Shown: positions 47,337-60,400 of the stretch, piece by piece
Layout: each line of letters begins with the position of its first letter
Position numbering within the stretch: the stretch's first letter is position 1
Source of the DNA: Lytechinus pictus
Lineage: Eukaryota
Assembly: GCF_037042905.1 (NCBI RefSeq)
Contig: NC_087245.1
Coordinates: 2,234,001 to 2,298,000 of the forward strand
Length of the DNA: 64,000 nucleotides
Direction of reading: 5' to 3'
Translations under genes and position numbers: made by a program
The notes under the pieces: model-generated
Database searches by the model: none
What the model was told of the DNA's origin: nothing
The model's input: only the letters and a program-made list of their open reading frames with translations

Positions 47337-47765
47337 CCCTTGTAAAAAGGTACCATACAGTACCATGGTATTACTATGGTATTACCATAGTATTACCATA
47401 GTATCCAAGGTAAATTCATCAGTACTATAGTACTACCACAGAAGTACCATACGGAATCGGAAAGTACTATTTGAAAATACAGAAGTACCATAATGTACCA
47501 TAGTACTACCATGAATGTACCATAGATGTTACGGTATTACAATGAAATTACTATGGTTGATGTACTAGAGGCCATCCTCACACATGATACTTTCATGGTT
47601 CTCTGTGATACTTTCATACTTTCAAGTATGAAAGAGAACCACGAAAGTACTATGGTACTACATAGTAATTTCATGGTTCTCTGTGATGCTTTCATAGTAC
47701 TTTCAAGTATCACAGAGAACCATGAAATTACTATGGTACTCCATAGTACTTTCATGGTTCTCAGT
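47337..47765. repeat. TACTATGGTA/TACCATAGTA-rich repeat, probably a transposon end
   Basis: Begins CCCTTGTAAAAA; many inverted copies of TACTATGGTA and GAGAACCATGAAA. Confidence 0.55.
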
Positions 47766-47927
47766 TAAAACCCATAAACCAAACTGGATCAGAATGTACC
47801 AGTTGGAACCCATAGACCTCCCATAACCCACTTGAAACCCATTAACCATCCAGGAATATCAAACCAATTGATACCAGTTAGAACCAATAGGCCTTACCAG
47901 TTGATTCCAGTAAAAACCCGTATATAC

Positions 47928-47996
<69 letters not shown>

Positions 47997-48091
47997 GATA
48001 TTACGTTCCGCGTGTTGGACATAGAAGATATTAATGAGGCAAAGTGGTAATGCATTGTACTTTGTTCCAACAGTTTATTTTGAAAGTACTA

Positions 48092-48126
<35 letters not shown>

Positions 48127-48129
<3 letters not shown>

Positions 48130-48618
48130 AAGAAATGGATGAAGAGAACAATGGTAGGCGTAGCTTAAATCAAGGTTCCCCAGAGCTATCTACCCTTTGG
48201 AAAAATTGGTGATGCCGAAAAAATGTCTCTGCTGGGAATCGAACCCGGGCCCCCAGCTTTGAACGCCGGTGCCTTAACCACTAGACCACAGAGACGGGTT
48301 AGTGGCTAGGGCGACCCCGATCCGATTGACCGTCAGATAGACAGATTTTCGACACTATACCAATTATAATTTCCTTTGTCGGGTGAAGGTGGGTTTCGAA
48401 CAATGACAAGCCGCCATGCTTCAGCTGGATCAAAGCTATTGCTTTGATACAGTACACGTATTGGAGAAAGTATACAAATGTGTAAAGGTATACATGTACA
48501 ACAGCTTTGGCAACTCTTTAATTTAAATATTGTAAAGAAATGGAAATTGTAAATCCATTTCTTTACAATATTTAAATTAAAGAGTTGCCAAAGCTGTTGT
48601 ACATGTATACCTTTACAC

Positions 48619-48622
<4 letters not shown>
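48127..48622 (-). mobile_element. (TA)n-embedded tRNA-carrying element, copy 1
   Basis: Flanked by (TA)n; inverted near-copy of 48805-49257; terminal palindrome 48476-48622. Confidence 0.8.
48224..48295 (-). tRNA. tRNA-like gene with TCA anticodon (opal-suppressor-like, Glu-like body) inside a repeat
   Basis: GTCTCTG/CAGAGAC acceptor stem; GTCT/AGGC D stem; CCGGC-GTTCAAA-GCTGG anticodon arm; CCGGG-TTCGATT-CCCAG T arm; followed directly by TTTTTT. Confidence 0.6.
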
Positions 48623-48661
<39 letters not shown>

Positions 48662-48804
48662 ATATATATATATTATATTATATATATATATTATATATGT
48701 ATATATGTATATACGGGTTTTTACTGGAATCAACTGGTAAGGCCTATTGGTTCTAAATGGTATCAATTGGTTTGATATTCCAGTATATATATATATATAT
48801 ATAT

Positions 48805-49257
48805 AAATGTGTGAAGTTATACACGTACAACAGCTTTGGCAACTCTTTTATTTAAATATTGTAAAGAAATGGATGAAGAGAACGATGGTAGCTGTTGTAC
48901 ATGTATAACTTCACACATTTGTATACTTTCTTCCATACGTGTACTGTATCAAAGCAATAGCTTTGATCCAGCTGAGGCATGGCGGCTTGTCACTGTCCAA
49001 AACCCACCCGACAAAGGAAATTCTAATTGGTATAGTGTCGAAAATCTGTCTATCTGACGGTCAATCGGATCGGGGTCGCCCTAGCCACTAACCCGTCTCT
49101 GTGGTTAAGGCACCGGCGTTCAAAGCTGGGGGCCTGGGTTCGATTCCCGGCAGAGACATTTTTTCGGCATCACCAATTTTTCCAAAGGGTAGATAGCTCT
49201 GGGGAACCTTGATTTAAGCTACGCCTACCATTGTTCTCTTCATTCATTCTTTACAAT
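48805..49257 (+). mobile_element. (TA)n-embedded tRNA-carrying element, copy 2
   Basis: Flanked by (TA)n; two internal inverted-repeat pairs. Confidence 0.8.
49095..49158 (+). pseudogene. tRNA(TCA)-like copy with an 8-nt D-arm/A-box deletion
   Basis: Matches 48224-48295 but lacks 8 nt (CTAGTGGT) of the D arm. Confidence 0.65.
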
Positions 49258-50479
49258 ATATATATATATAAGAAGTATGTTTTTATACCTTTGTTTTATT
49301 TGTCGCTTCTCTTAAACTGTAACTGACTTGAAATTTTTTTGTAATTGTTAATTATCATTAACCTTTCTTATCCGAAAAGTCACTGGCTCATAATGTTATA
49401 ACAGACTTTACATTTATATTTATATTTTTTGTACAGATCATATTACTTCAACGTCCTCTTATTTTGTTTTTAATTTCTTTTGAGATAATTCTTTATGATT
49501 ATCATTCATGACTGCGTTTCCTATAACTATTATTATTACCATCAACACAGCGTTTCTTTTCTATAAAAAAAAGAAGCAAGTATTATTTCATACTATCCAC
49601 TCTTTAATATACATGTATTGTTATTCATTCAACATTGGTTAAATATATATTTATGTAAAAATGTTCATTATGTTAAAGGTATATACATTTAGTCTACTCC
49701 CAACCTTTCCCCATTCCTGCTTTTGACATTACTTCTCCCTCTGTATACTTTTCTTTTTGCATCCCCTTTCCAATATTATACATTAGTATACTTTGTGTTA
49801 TTTTTTGTTGCTCGTTTGTTTACTGAAATTTTACTCTATACAAATTCATGTAATTCAGCCTTTGCCTGCTAATTGAATTTTTACCTCCATAAATACCATT
49901 TAACCATCCATCCTATATTATATATATATTTATTTATTTATATATATATGCTGTTGAGATTAAAATAACTCGATTGAGGGTAAGAGGAAAAAAATATCTA
50001 TATAAAACTAACTTAATTATTCTTTATGTTCATTTAATATTTCCACCATGAAAAGTTTCATTGGTGAATTCATAAGTTCCTCCCAAAAATTTCTAGATTT
50101 TTTGAATATTTTTTTTTTCGTTCCAGCTTCTGCTTGATTCCTGCTGATTCCTAATAAGTGTGATGGGGGCTTAAATCCAAGTCACCTCCAAAATGAGCAG
50201 TGGCGTAACAGTTCTTCATGGGGGGGGGGGGACTCGGGAGGTGTGTACGTGCCCTATGTCATGCAAAAATTGCATGTGAGGGTACGGGTACTGCAATGTA
50301 AAAAATATTCGGTAAAATTTTAACCAGCAAGAGGGTAATTACGTGTCCAACCAATTTAGGGCAGGCACCGGCCCCTATTTTTTGGTTACCAAAAAAGGAG
50401 CATCCTTTTTAACTTCTGAAAAACAGAAAGAAAAGTATATATGAAGGAGGTATTATACCCATGTTTAATTTGCATACAT

Positions 50480-50672
50480 TCGTAATTCCGACGCTTCATA
50501 TTCCGAAGGTTCGTTATACCGAAGGTTAGTAATTTCCAAGGTTCTTAGTCCGAAAAACGAAATAAGGTTCGTAATTCAAAAGGTTCGTTAGTCCAAAAAC
50601 GAAATGAGGTTCGTAATTCCGAAGGTTCGTTAGACTGAAAACGAAATGAGGTTCGGTTCGTTAATCCGAAAA
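50480..50672. repeat. Degenerate tandem repeat (GGTTCGTAATTCCGAA units)
   Basis: Visible 16-38 bp periodicity. Confidence 0.8.
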
Positions 50673-51538
50673 TGTAAAAAAAAAATCCCAAAAGGGGGTC
50701 TTTATCACCCCTATTCTGGTCCAAACCATCAACCCCCCCCCCCCCCCCGCGCAAATGATTTTTTTAAATTAGGTTTATAAGTGGTAAACATGCAAGAATA
50801 GTAGTAGACATTTTGAACTTTGACTAAACAAAAATGCATCAACGCTCCCCTATCGATATTTGATTTGATAACTTCTATCTGCTCTTATACTAGTTTTCGT
50901 TAATAGATTAAAACTAGTTTTCTCGTTGAATGCATTATTTGTTTGATGTTCTGTAGTCTGTGTTTTAAGTTGTACTTATCATAAACATGTTCAAGTTGGT
51001 CCTTGTGCCTTTGTATTATGTACATCTATTTACTTTTTAAACCGGATAAATAAAATGAACAATCAAATAAATTTGCAGGTCTAGCAATAAGAGAAAAACA
51101 TGAACTAGCCTCGAAAGCCTATGATCATCCCTTTGAGAGAATTCTGCGTACGTAAACGCCCCTGGCAACGATAGATCAGCCCCTTACCACAGGGGGTGAA
51201 AGGGGTGGGGGTGGGAGAGACAGGGGGCACTTGCACCCCCCCCCCCCCGAATAATAATAATAATCCCCATAGGAACGAAATACTATTTTTCCAAAATGGG
51301 AAATTCCTTTGTTTTTTTAATGAAATGTGCCATTTTTCGAAATGAAATGCCCCTTTTAAAGTATACATTTTAGATTAGAAAATCTCAATTTTTTTTTGTT
51401 ATTGTTATCATTTATTGTTTTAATAGTAAGGTACTCACCATTTCCGGTTATAAAAAGGCTTAGAATGTCCAGTTTTCAGACTGGAATATCTTTTTAGCTC
51501 GCGCTACGCATTATTCGATGTTTCCTATTCATGAGTCA

Positions 51539-51697
51539 CTCGGTCACATTTGCTCTACAGACGCCGTACGGCAAGTCTAAAACAGCTGTTTGAACATTTT
51601 TTGCACCAGCTACATAATAGGTGGTTTAAAGAAAAAAATGAATATAACTGCTGTTTTCGACTCGCCGTACGGTCGCCGTAGATCAAATGTGACCGAG
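51539..51697. mobile_element. Palindromic MITE
   Basis: CTCGGTCACATTTGCTCTAC...CCGTACGG / CCGTACGG...GTAGATCAAATGTGACCGAG. Confidence 0.75.
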
Positions 51698-52084
51698 GTA
51701 TAAACGCAAATTAACAGGTTCCTTTTCTGGTCAGTATATTCAGCTCGCACTTCGCGCTCGTGTTAATTCTTCAGTTAGATGCACATCTTTTAAAGATTGC
51801 AATTAACAATTACTGCTCAGAATGTTTTTTCATTTCTTATTGAAATGTCCAAAAGTGGCTTGCGATTCACACTCGCAACACCTTCCAAGGATGCCTGATT
51901 TACAGTTAATAAAAAAAAACGAGTTTTACAACATCAGCTTTGAATTTTTTTCCAATTCGCTCGCTTGTTACACTCTCTCGAGAAAAATAAACCCTATACA
52001 GTGCGTATAAAAAAAAATGGGACAGATTTGAAGTCTATAAAATTTTTGTTTCAAATTATGATGTCTATATTTTGGTGTAAATAG

Positions 52085-53275
52085 GTGCTCTAAGGTCTTA
52101 TCTTTGAAATGCAATTTAAAAAAATAAACTTTGTTCATGCTTGAGCGAACACGGGACGTTTTTGTTGGGGGTTCAAGCCGAGGCTTGCGCCAGAATTGCA
52201 GAATATGAGTAATATGATGATCAGACTTCTTGCTAATCAGGAGACTTCCTCTTGACCTTTTCATTATCTGTGCCACAATTTTCGAATTATGCTGTCAAAT
52301 TTTATTTACAAATTTATTCATTTACTTGAATTATTTTGTTTTTTCATTTAAACTTCTCTTACCTTTTAATTTTCCTTCATAAGTAACTGAGAAAAAAAGA
52401 TTTTTTTTGTCAACCCAAGCAAAAAGATATGCATTATTAATTGGGAAAACTTGTGATTATTCAAATCCTTTTAATATGTGAAACAAATTATGTTATGTAC
52501 CTTTAAAAGACATGAATCTATTTTTCAAGGGGTCATTGATTCCTTTACCAAGTTTAATTGCTTGACAAGAAACACAGGAAGGGATTCATGTCTTTCAATG
52601 ACAATGGTGTATTGAGTCAATTTTGAAGGAGCTAGATATGGCAGATCGGGTAAAATGTATTAAAAAGTTGTGAGCGAGCGAAGTGAGCACGCAAATATTC
52701 CCACTTTTTTATTACAATATCAAATTTTGTGATAGATTTTGACATATTCAGAAAATAATATCATATTTTACTTTCTATCTTTCCTTTTATTTCCTGCCCA
52801 TTTTTTTTCTTGGTCATGATTTTTTTGAGGGGGGGCTTCCCAAGCCCCCGCCCATCTGTGTGGCACTGTTCAAAAGGCACCATAACCTTTGTAGCACACA
52901 ATGAAAGGATTTGGAAAAAAATCCACGCTCTCCCATACTTCGGTTGAAACAAAATTGTTTTAGCTTGAAGAAGGAATATTCAAAGCTAACAGAGAGAGCA
53001 TATTAAAAAGAAACAACAACAGAACAAATCAAGCAAATAAATAGATCTGAAAATGAATTTTGACTGCATGATTTGAAAATTATGGCAAAGATAATGAAAA
53101 GGTTAAGAGGAAGTCTGCTAATTAGCAAGAAGTCCGATCATTATATTTATAATTTTATGTCATTTTGGCGCAAGCCTCCTTTTTAACCCCAGACAAAAAC
53201 ATTCCGTGTTCGCTCAAGCATGAACGAAACTAAAGTTTTTTTAATAGCATTTGAAAGATAAGACCTTAGGGACCG
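52085..53275. repeat. ~110-bp inverted repeat pair (52085-52196 / 53163-53275), probably transposon termini
   Basis: CTAAGGTCTTATCTTT...CATGCTTGAGCGAACACGG...GGCTTGCGCCA and its reverse complement. Confidence 0.7.
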
Positions 53276-54310
53276 TATTTTTATTATTGAGGTCCGTTCG
53301 CATGCAGGAGAACGCTGGACAGTTTCAAGAACGGGTTCCGACGATTTGTGGGCGTGGCAATGAACTTGTGGGTGTGGCAATGAACTTATCGGCGGGAACG
53401 AAGCGGAATGGTGATCGGCGGAATGCAGGAGAATGGTACCCAGTCACATCCTGGCGTCAGAGATGTGAGAATCGCGGAACGAAGCGGAATAGGACCTAGT
53501 CACAGCGCACGAGCAAAACTGGTGCGCCGAGGATCTCGGCGCCGGCCGGTATAGAATGCTCGCTCAGCTTAGCTCTCAAGAAAACAGCGGCATGAGTACA
53601 AGTGCGCTTGCTTTAATTTAATCTAGAAGTAAATTATCAGTTGATGCTTTACCACCATTATCAATATCCTTTCTTCCCTTATTCCCTTTCTCGTGCATGT
53701 GATATGTGTGACACTTGACTGAGGCCCGTATTTTGTTTTGGATTCGAGTACTAGTATGGAGGCGAAGTGTGTTCGAACATCCAACCTCCATGGTTCAAAG
53801 TAACTACCGGTAGTTGTGTCGCGTCGGACGTGATTTTGGTTGGTTGATTGATATTATTTTTTGCAGAGGGGGGGGGGGGGGGGGGGGGGGGTCATTAATT
53901 TTTTTTCTCCCATTGCCTGCATTGTGATATGAAATGATTTTGTTACAATTATTTTCTGCATTTGATGAATCATTGTATGCCTTTCTTCAATTATTATTTT
54001 GACATGAATTCATGAATTCTAGATTTACTGTACTCCAACGGGTATGAATTGAATTAATTACCGTAAGATGAAAATGGGCCATTCCGGTTAAGGAGAGAAA
54101 ACGGCAAGGTCAAAATCGAGCCCCTCCCCCAAAAATATATATCAACATAAGAAATTTGTAGTGAGTGAATTATTATTCACCAGTCCTGTAGAGATAGCAG
54201 TGACATTACGTCTTACCCCCGTTTGGGAACGGACCGCAGTTCGGATTGCAAACTGCGGTATTTCACCCCATTTTGCGTTTGAAAATCTAAAACATCATTT
54301 CCAAGCCCTG

Positions 54311-54447
54311 GGGGTCGTTTCATAAAGCTGTTCGTAAGTTAAGAGCGACTTTAACAACGACTGGTGATCATCGCCAATTGTACCATTTACCGCAAGACAT
54401 GATCACCAGTCGCTCTTAACTTACGAACAGCTTTATGAAACACCCGC
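54311..54447. mobile_element. PIF/Harbinger-like palindromic MITE
   Basis: CTG target duplication; GTTTCATAAAGCTGTTCGTAAGTTAAGAGCGACT arms. Confidence 0.8.
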
Positions 54448-57400
54448 CTGATCAACCCTGCTTGGCCAGGTAATCCCCACAGGCCAGATTATGAGCGTTG
54501 AGCCAAGGACGAAATGATAACAACAGCTGTGCTATTACGTAAGTCTTCTCTGCCTGTAGAAGGACCTTCGGAATTAAATTATTGTATTCGATATTTAATC
54601 ACGTTTTCAAAGGCATATTGTATTCAGAAATTCAATGCTAGCCCATTTTCAATTTCGAACAAAGAAAATCAACCTCGAAATAAGGAAAGTAAGTGAATAA
54701 AAAATGGCGACATGTTTTCCCGGACCGCACTCGGGCTGTTGTGTTATCTTCGGACCGAGGTCAAGAAACAGGTGTTTTGATACTTACATTGCATGCCTGG
54801 GGCAGTAGGGTTTTCGTACTTGGAGAAGAGGGGTATAGTGTTATCAAACGGAGCTCTTTCGTCATGGATAACTTCAAGACGGACATTTTTTTCATTGTTG
54901 AGAATTTTACGATTTAAGTATGAATTTCTCCCCAAAAATGTACTGAAAATTTGGACAAACAGAATATATACTTAAACAAACTGGAATAAAACAAAATTAA
55001 AGACAAACGTGATGGAGTTGGATTACCATAAAGAAGTCTGATGTGTATGTTTGTTGATAATTCCAACTAAATTGTTGACATGTTTTACGTTTCAGAAATA
55101 TTGCCGTTTGAAAAACTAGTATTGAGACGTTACCATGTCCGTCCCCTGATATTAGATTCATTAATCTCTTATTATATCGAGCCTGTAAATCATCTTGTCT
55201 TTCTTAACCTTATCATATTATACACTCATGAGGACTCTTTCAATCCCATATGGTATGATCAGATATTCCATGTACGAGAGATATGAAAATGTACTTTCAA
55301 AAATCTGATATTTTTGTCCGTCCCCTTCGTAACGTCCCAACTTTCAAGTTTCTACCACACACACGATACGAGATTCATCTCAAAAGTTCTTGAGCACGTG
55401 CGCCGGTCAACCCTGTTCATACACATACAAAATTTTCCATGTGTGTTTTCAGTCACGTAGTCCCAGGGAGAAAAAAAGCATGTCCGTCCCTTCAATATGT
55501 TTGCCGTAACGTCTAAACTTTCGTGCTTTGTCTTGGGTGATTGTTATGTTTTGGTGTTGATTTCTCGTATTTTGTCGCGGTGTGTTGATTGATTAGTGAT
55601 ATTTTTCCGTACTACCCTCATTTCTAAACGTATTTGTAAAGATATCCAATGATTTTCTTTCTTTATTAGAATATAATTTGCATTTACTTGAATATATGTT
55701 ATCAAATTACGACGACCTAAATATTGATGATTATTACAAATATTAAGGAAAAATCTACGTAATTCTAAAAATGGCCGGGAATGTAGTAATCAAGAGATGT
55801 AGTCTTGTTGGGAGTTTCATTCTGAACAAACAAATAAAAAAAATATATATAGTTAAGGAGATAATCCGGACAATTATATAGATATCATGACGACGTTACT
55901 CATGATTTGAGGGTGTCCACCGTCGCGTCTCAAACTAAAAAAGTTTACTTACATGCATAATCGATACTTTTATTTAATTCTGATCTACAATCATATCTAG
56001 TTGGCAAGATTATCGAATTCTTATTCTTCATAATGCTGCAAAATAAAGCAAGAAGTTTTCTTACCTTTTTGCCATGCTTCACCTTCGCTAGGACGTTATT
56101 CTGAATCACAAAGACATGTCCAATATTTTATCCAATGACGTCCAAATTGTAAAAACGGCACATCGTACATTATCTACTCTTTTATAGATAAAATGTGTAT
56201 TTCCATAATAAATCTTACGACTGCCCATACCTTCCGAGACACTTAAAAAGGTTTTATAAATTTTACATGTAAACAAAATGATGTAAAAGGCACTAGAACA
56301 GACTAGACGTTATGATCTCCATGAGGACACTGTAGAATTAAATGTCCGCAATAACGTCCTCGTAACAATTATGTATTTTACCATATTTAGTTTTATATTT
56401 ATTTCAAAAACATATCAAAATCTTCTAATCGTTCTCAGAAAAAACGTTTAAATCACAATCAGGCTTTACGTTTATAAAGTGATCACCGTATGTGATGTTT
56501 ATGGCTGCTCTCTTTACTTCAGACGTTATGATTTTAAACGACAATGTCTTCCGTAACGTCGCACGACTTTTACACCATAATTTGTTGCTGGTGATTCTTT
56601 AGATTTAGGTGGTTGTTTTATTCACATGAATTCATGAAATAGTGCTTTCAAGCAACTTTGATTTTCTGTTCTAGAATTAAAAAAAACAATCGAAAGATAT
56701 AAAAACTACAAATTAGACGTTACGACTTTGACGATGGACATTGCCAAAAATGTGTCGCATATATAATTTTAATAATGCTTGAAATTGTCTTTATTTTCAT
56801 TTGTTTTACCTCGCAATAAACTAGTATTCAAGAGTTGAAAAAAAAGTTAATTTAGGCATACAGTATCAAGCGATGCACGATGTGACAAGTGTCCTTTTAA
56901 GACGTTATTTATTCTTTTTAATATTCCACAATGTCTCATATAAAATTCAGGATTTTTGGAAAGTGGCGGCTAAATTTTTTGACATCGAGGGCTGCGAAAC
57001 GGGATGAAAGTCGGGGGGTGGTCGACCATGCAAAAAAAAATCAAAATCAGATGTTTTTTTCTGATGGGATAAAGCCATCCCAGCGCCCCCCCCCCCCCCC
57101 CGTTCTGGGACCCCTGGTATCAGCGGCGGTTTGGATTTAGGTGCCCAAATTATGTCAATGTTGTGTGGCCAATGTTGTAATTCGAATTGTGACAGAATTC
57201 CATTTTCTTCTCTTTTGACAATAAAATTATAATCTTGCTTTAATCAAATGTATTTTATTTTATTTTATTTTGGATTCTGAAACAAATGTATTGAATAAAC
57301 ATATTTTAATGGTTCGCTACCTAAAAAGATATTTTATACGGTTTCATTTGTTCCTGAATGTACCATGCGGCGGATCCGGATATGACAAGGGGTTCAAACT

Positions 57401-60400
57401 GATGACTTCCCAACAAAATTGATATTTTTTAATGTTCTAAAACTATTCAAGTTGGTTTTTGGACGTTTTGTGTAAACATTTTATGGAAGTCAACATGTGG
57501 TAGGTTTTAGACGTTTTAACACCTTTTTTTAAACGTCAAAATAACCCCCTCCCCCAAAAAAAACATTTAAAAAACTTTCGGAAGTTCGATGAGATGATGA
57601 TGGTGATGATAATGATGATTGATGGTGATGATGATGATAATGACAATGAAGGTAACAATTTTGCACAATGGAGATCCGATTAATGGTCGTAATGACAAGA
57701 ATGATGTGAAATCATTTTAACAAGCTTTCTGCCTTTTTATTGCATCCCCGATTTCCTATCAATTATCTTTCAATTTGTATGAAATATGTGCCAACAAATA
57801 ATATCACTTTTGTTTAAATTTATTAGATTTTTATTCTCATTGTTATATTCTCGATCTTTGTCTGATGATTATTTTATCACCCAGTACTTTTAATGAATTT
57901 GAAATAAATGCTGAATTGATATTGACAACTCATTGTAGCATGAATAATCGGCATTATAGGCCTACGCAATAAAAAAGATGGTTCATTGAGGGCAGAAATT
58001 CTGTCAAAGGATGCATTTATAAACGATACAAGACACAAAATTATTTTTTTAAAGACACATCACGCGAGACTTTTTACCTTTTATTATTTTCTTTTCCAAT
58101 TTCATTCAAGGATTTCATCACGAAATTGTTATTTAAAAAAAAGACACATCACGCGAGACTTTTTTCCTTTTATTATTATCTTTTCCATAATTTCATCACA
58201 GCATCAATCAATCAAAACATTCACAACCTAAATTATAAAAAAATAAAAATAATTCTTATCAGGCGCTTTTCCAAAAGTTGAAAAGTGATATACATCAGCC
58301 ATTAAAAACAAATTGATTGCATGGATGTAACCACGTTATTTTGATATTGTTCCTATTTTCAATCAAATTTATTTGTTTATTCTATACATTATATTTCATT
58401 AGTTACTTTTAGTTCTTTCGTTAGAATTTATCTATTTCAATTTTATGATTATCAATTCTCCCCCCCCCCCCGTAATGTTACCGTGTCATTAATTTGCGTT
58501 GAAACAGTCACATCGTTTGTAAAGCCGAGAAAATTTCCTTTTCTTTTTTTTTTGAAAATTTGTTCCTTCATTAGCACCGTAACGTCTCAACTGGGGACAC
58601 GCGAATTGTCTTCGCCACAGCGAAGAATTGCTGCACAAAACTCGATGTTTCTGTCTTTTATTTACTGGTATTTCATCAAATATCAGAGATGTTTGTCATT
58701 TAAAGGCACTTTCAAGTCATATTTTGGAATTATGCAATTTATTTCGATATCGCTTAGAGTAACGTCCCAACATACCGGCGTATCGAAGATTGCGCTTGCT
58801 ACTGAGCTTGGCAGCGCAAACTAGTGCTTCGATCACCTCCGAGTTTCTTCTATGATCGACTTTATGCGTAAAAACAACGAAAATTTTCCTTATTTATTCA
58901 TTTTTATGCATGTCCACTCGGGAAGAGTAACGTCCCAACATTTTTAGAAATCAGGTGATATTGTGAAATAGACATGCCAGCTTATCTTTTCCTTATCTGA
59001 ACCAGTTTACCGATGTGTTGGCCTATCTAAAACACATGAAAAACCAAGCCTAGCGAGTACTTTATTTTTCGACCCCTTTGTCCAAGTCTTAACAGGAATG
59101 GCCCAAATACGAATTGGAATATAGCGAAATTCCATAAAGATTTGACCCAACATACCGGTACTAAGAATATCTGGCTTCCAATGCCTAGAAATGGGCCACA
59201 TCACGCGTCTTCCAAATGAGTGCCAGTTGGTAAACTGTCATAAAGTCATTTTCATAAGGTGTTAATTATTTTGAAGTCCACCTATATGTTTTAAGCAACC
59301 TCATAATAGAATAGCCTTTAATTAAAAAAAAACCCAAAACAAACAAACAAACCGTTCGGCAGGAGGCAAGGTCATGCAGGGCGACCTGACGGAGGGAGAG
59401 AGATTAGAAGAGGGAGACGGGTGGAATCGACTAGAAGTGGTGTGATTTATTGATTAAAAAGTGAACTTTTCTGATTTATTATATTTTGTGTGTGTGTGTG
59501 TTGGGGGGGGGGGGGGTGACTGAGGTTGACCAACGAGTATTAGACCCTTGTACTATTTTCGTTAAAACGTAGTCCAACACAACTGCAGGCAAAAAAAAGG
59601 CTATCTACGTATAACTCGACAATGAAAAAAAACACCAAAGAATAAGTAATTTCACAGAAGGTTTAATGGCAATTTGACAGATTTATTAATTTCCTGATAG
59701 CATACATTATCCCATCAAATGACAATGTGTTTATTTTTTTCAACTGTTGAACATGTCGCTCACAACCCATGAACGAGGCATGAAGACGGCATATCATATA
59801 TCAAGCCATTTTCCAGTATAATCTGCTCATCCCCACTCTCTTTCTCTCTCCCATCCCTCCATGGTTTGGAGATCGAGAGGCTCTTGTAATCACCTTTGCA
59901 TTACTAACTTACGCTCCAGTGGGACTTAGAATTTGCACAAAAGACTACTCTGGGATATCGGAGGTTGACTAGAATTTTGTCAACCTGGGGGGGGGGGGGG
60001 GGCTGGGGTTCATAGGCTTATTTTGTCTTACATGTAGAAATCAATTTACATCGCCAGAATGTAATCCAACGAGAATAGGGGAACGGAGCTTTAAGAAAAG
60101 ATTCCTTCGTGATATTAAACAAAATTATTTATTCCTTGATAGCAAATTTAACGTTTCTAGTAGTTCCAGCATAACCATGGAGTAAAAGTAGTTTTATGAA
60201 GACATCTCGAGTGGGAATTTCCACCCCGGCCCCCTCTCTCTCCCTCTCTTTAATACATCTTCAGCTCGCCCCTTGGAGTACGGCTGGGGGTGTGTATTGA
60301 CGCAAAAACTCTTCCACACTCCGTCATGAAAAAGAGAATCAATGATACAGGTTTGTGTCGAATGAACAAAACAAAAATAAACATTATTCGGCCGATCGGT

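Noticed and set aside
48224..48295. Selenocysteine tRNA
   Set aside because: The anticodon is TCA, but the variable loop is 4 nt and the acceptor stem 7 bp; it lacks the tRNA-Sec architecture.
48333..49057. Two similar ORFs ending NWYSVENLSI
   Set aside because: They lie in the two inverted copies of the same short repeat and have no recognisable domain.
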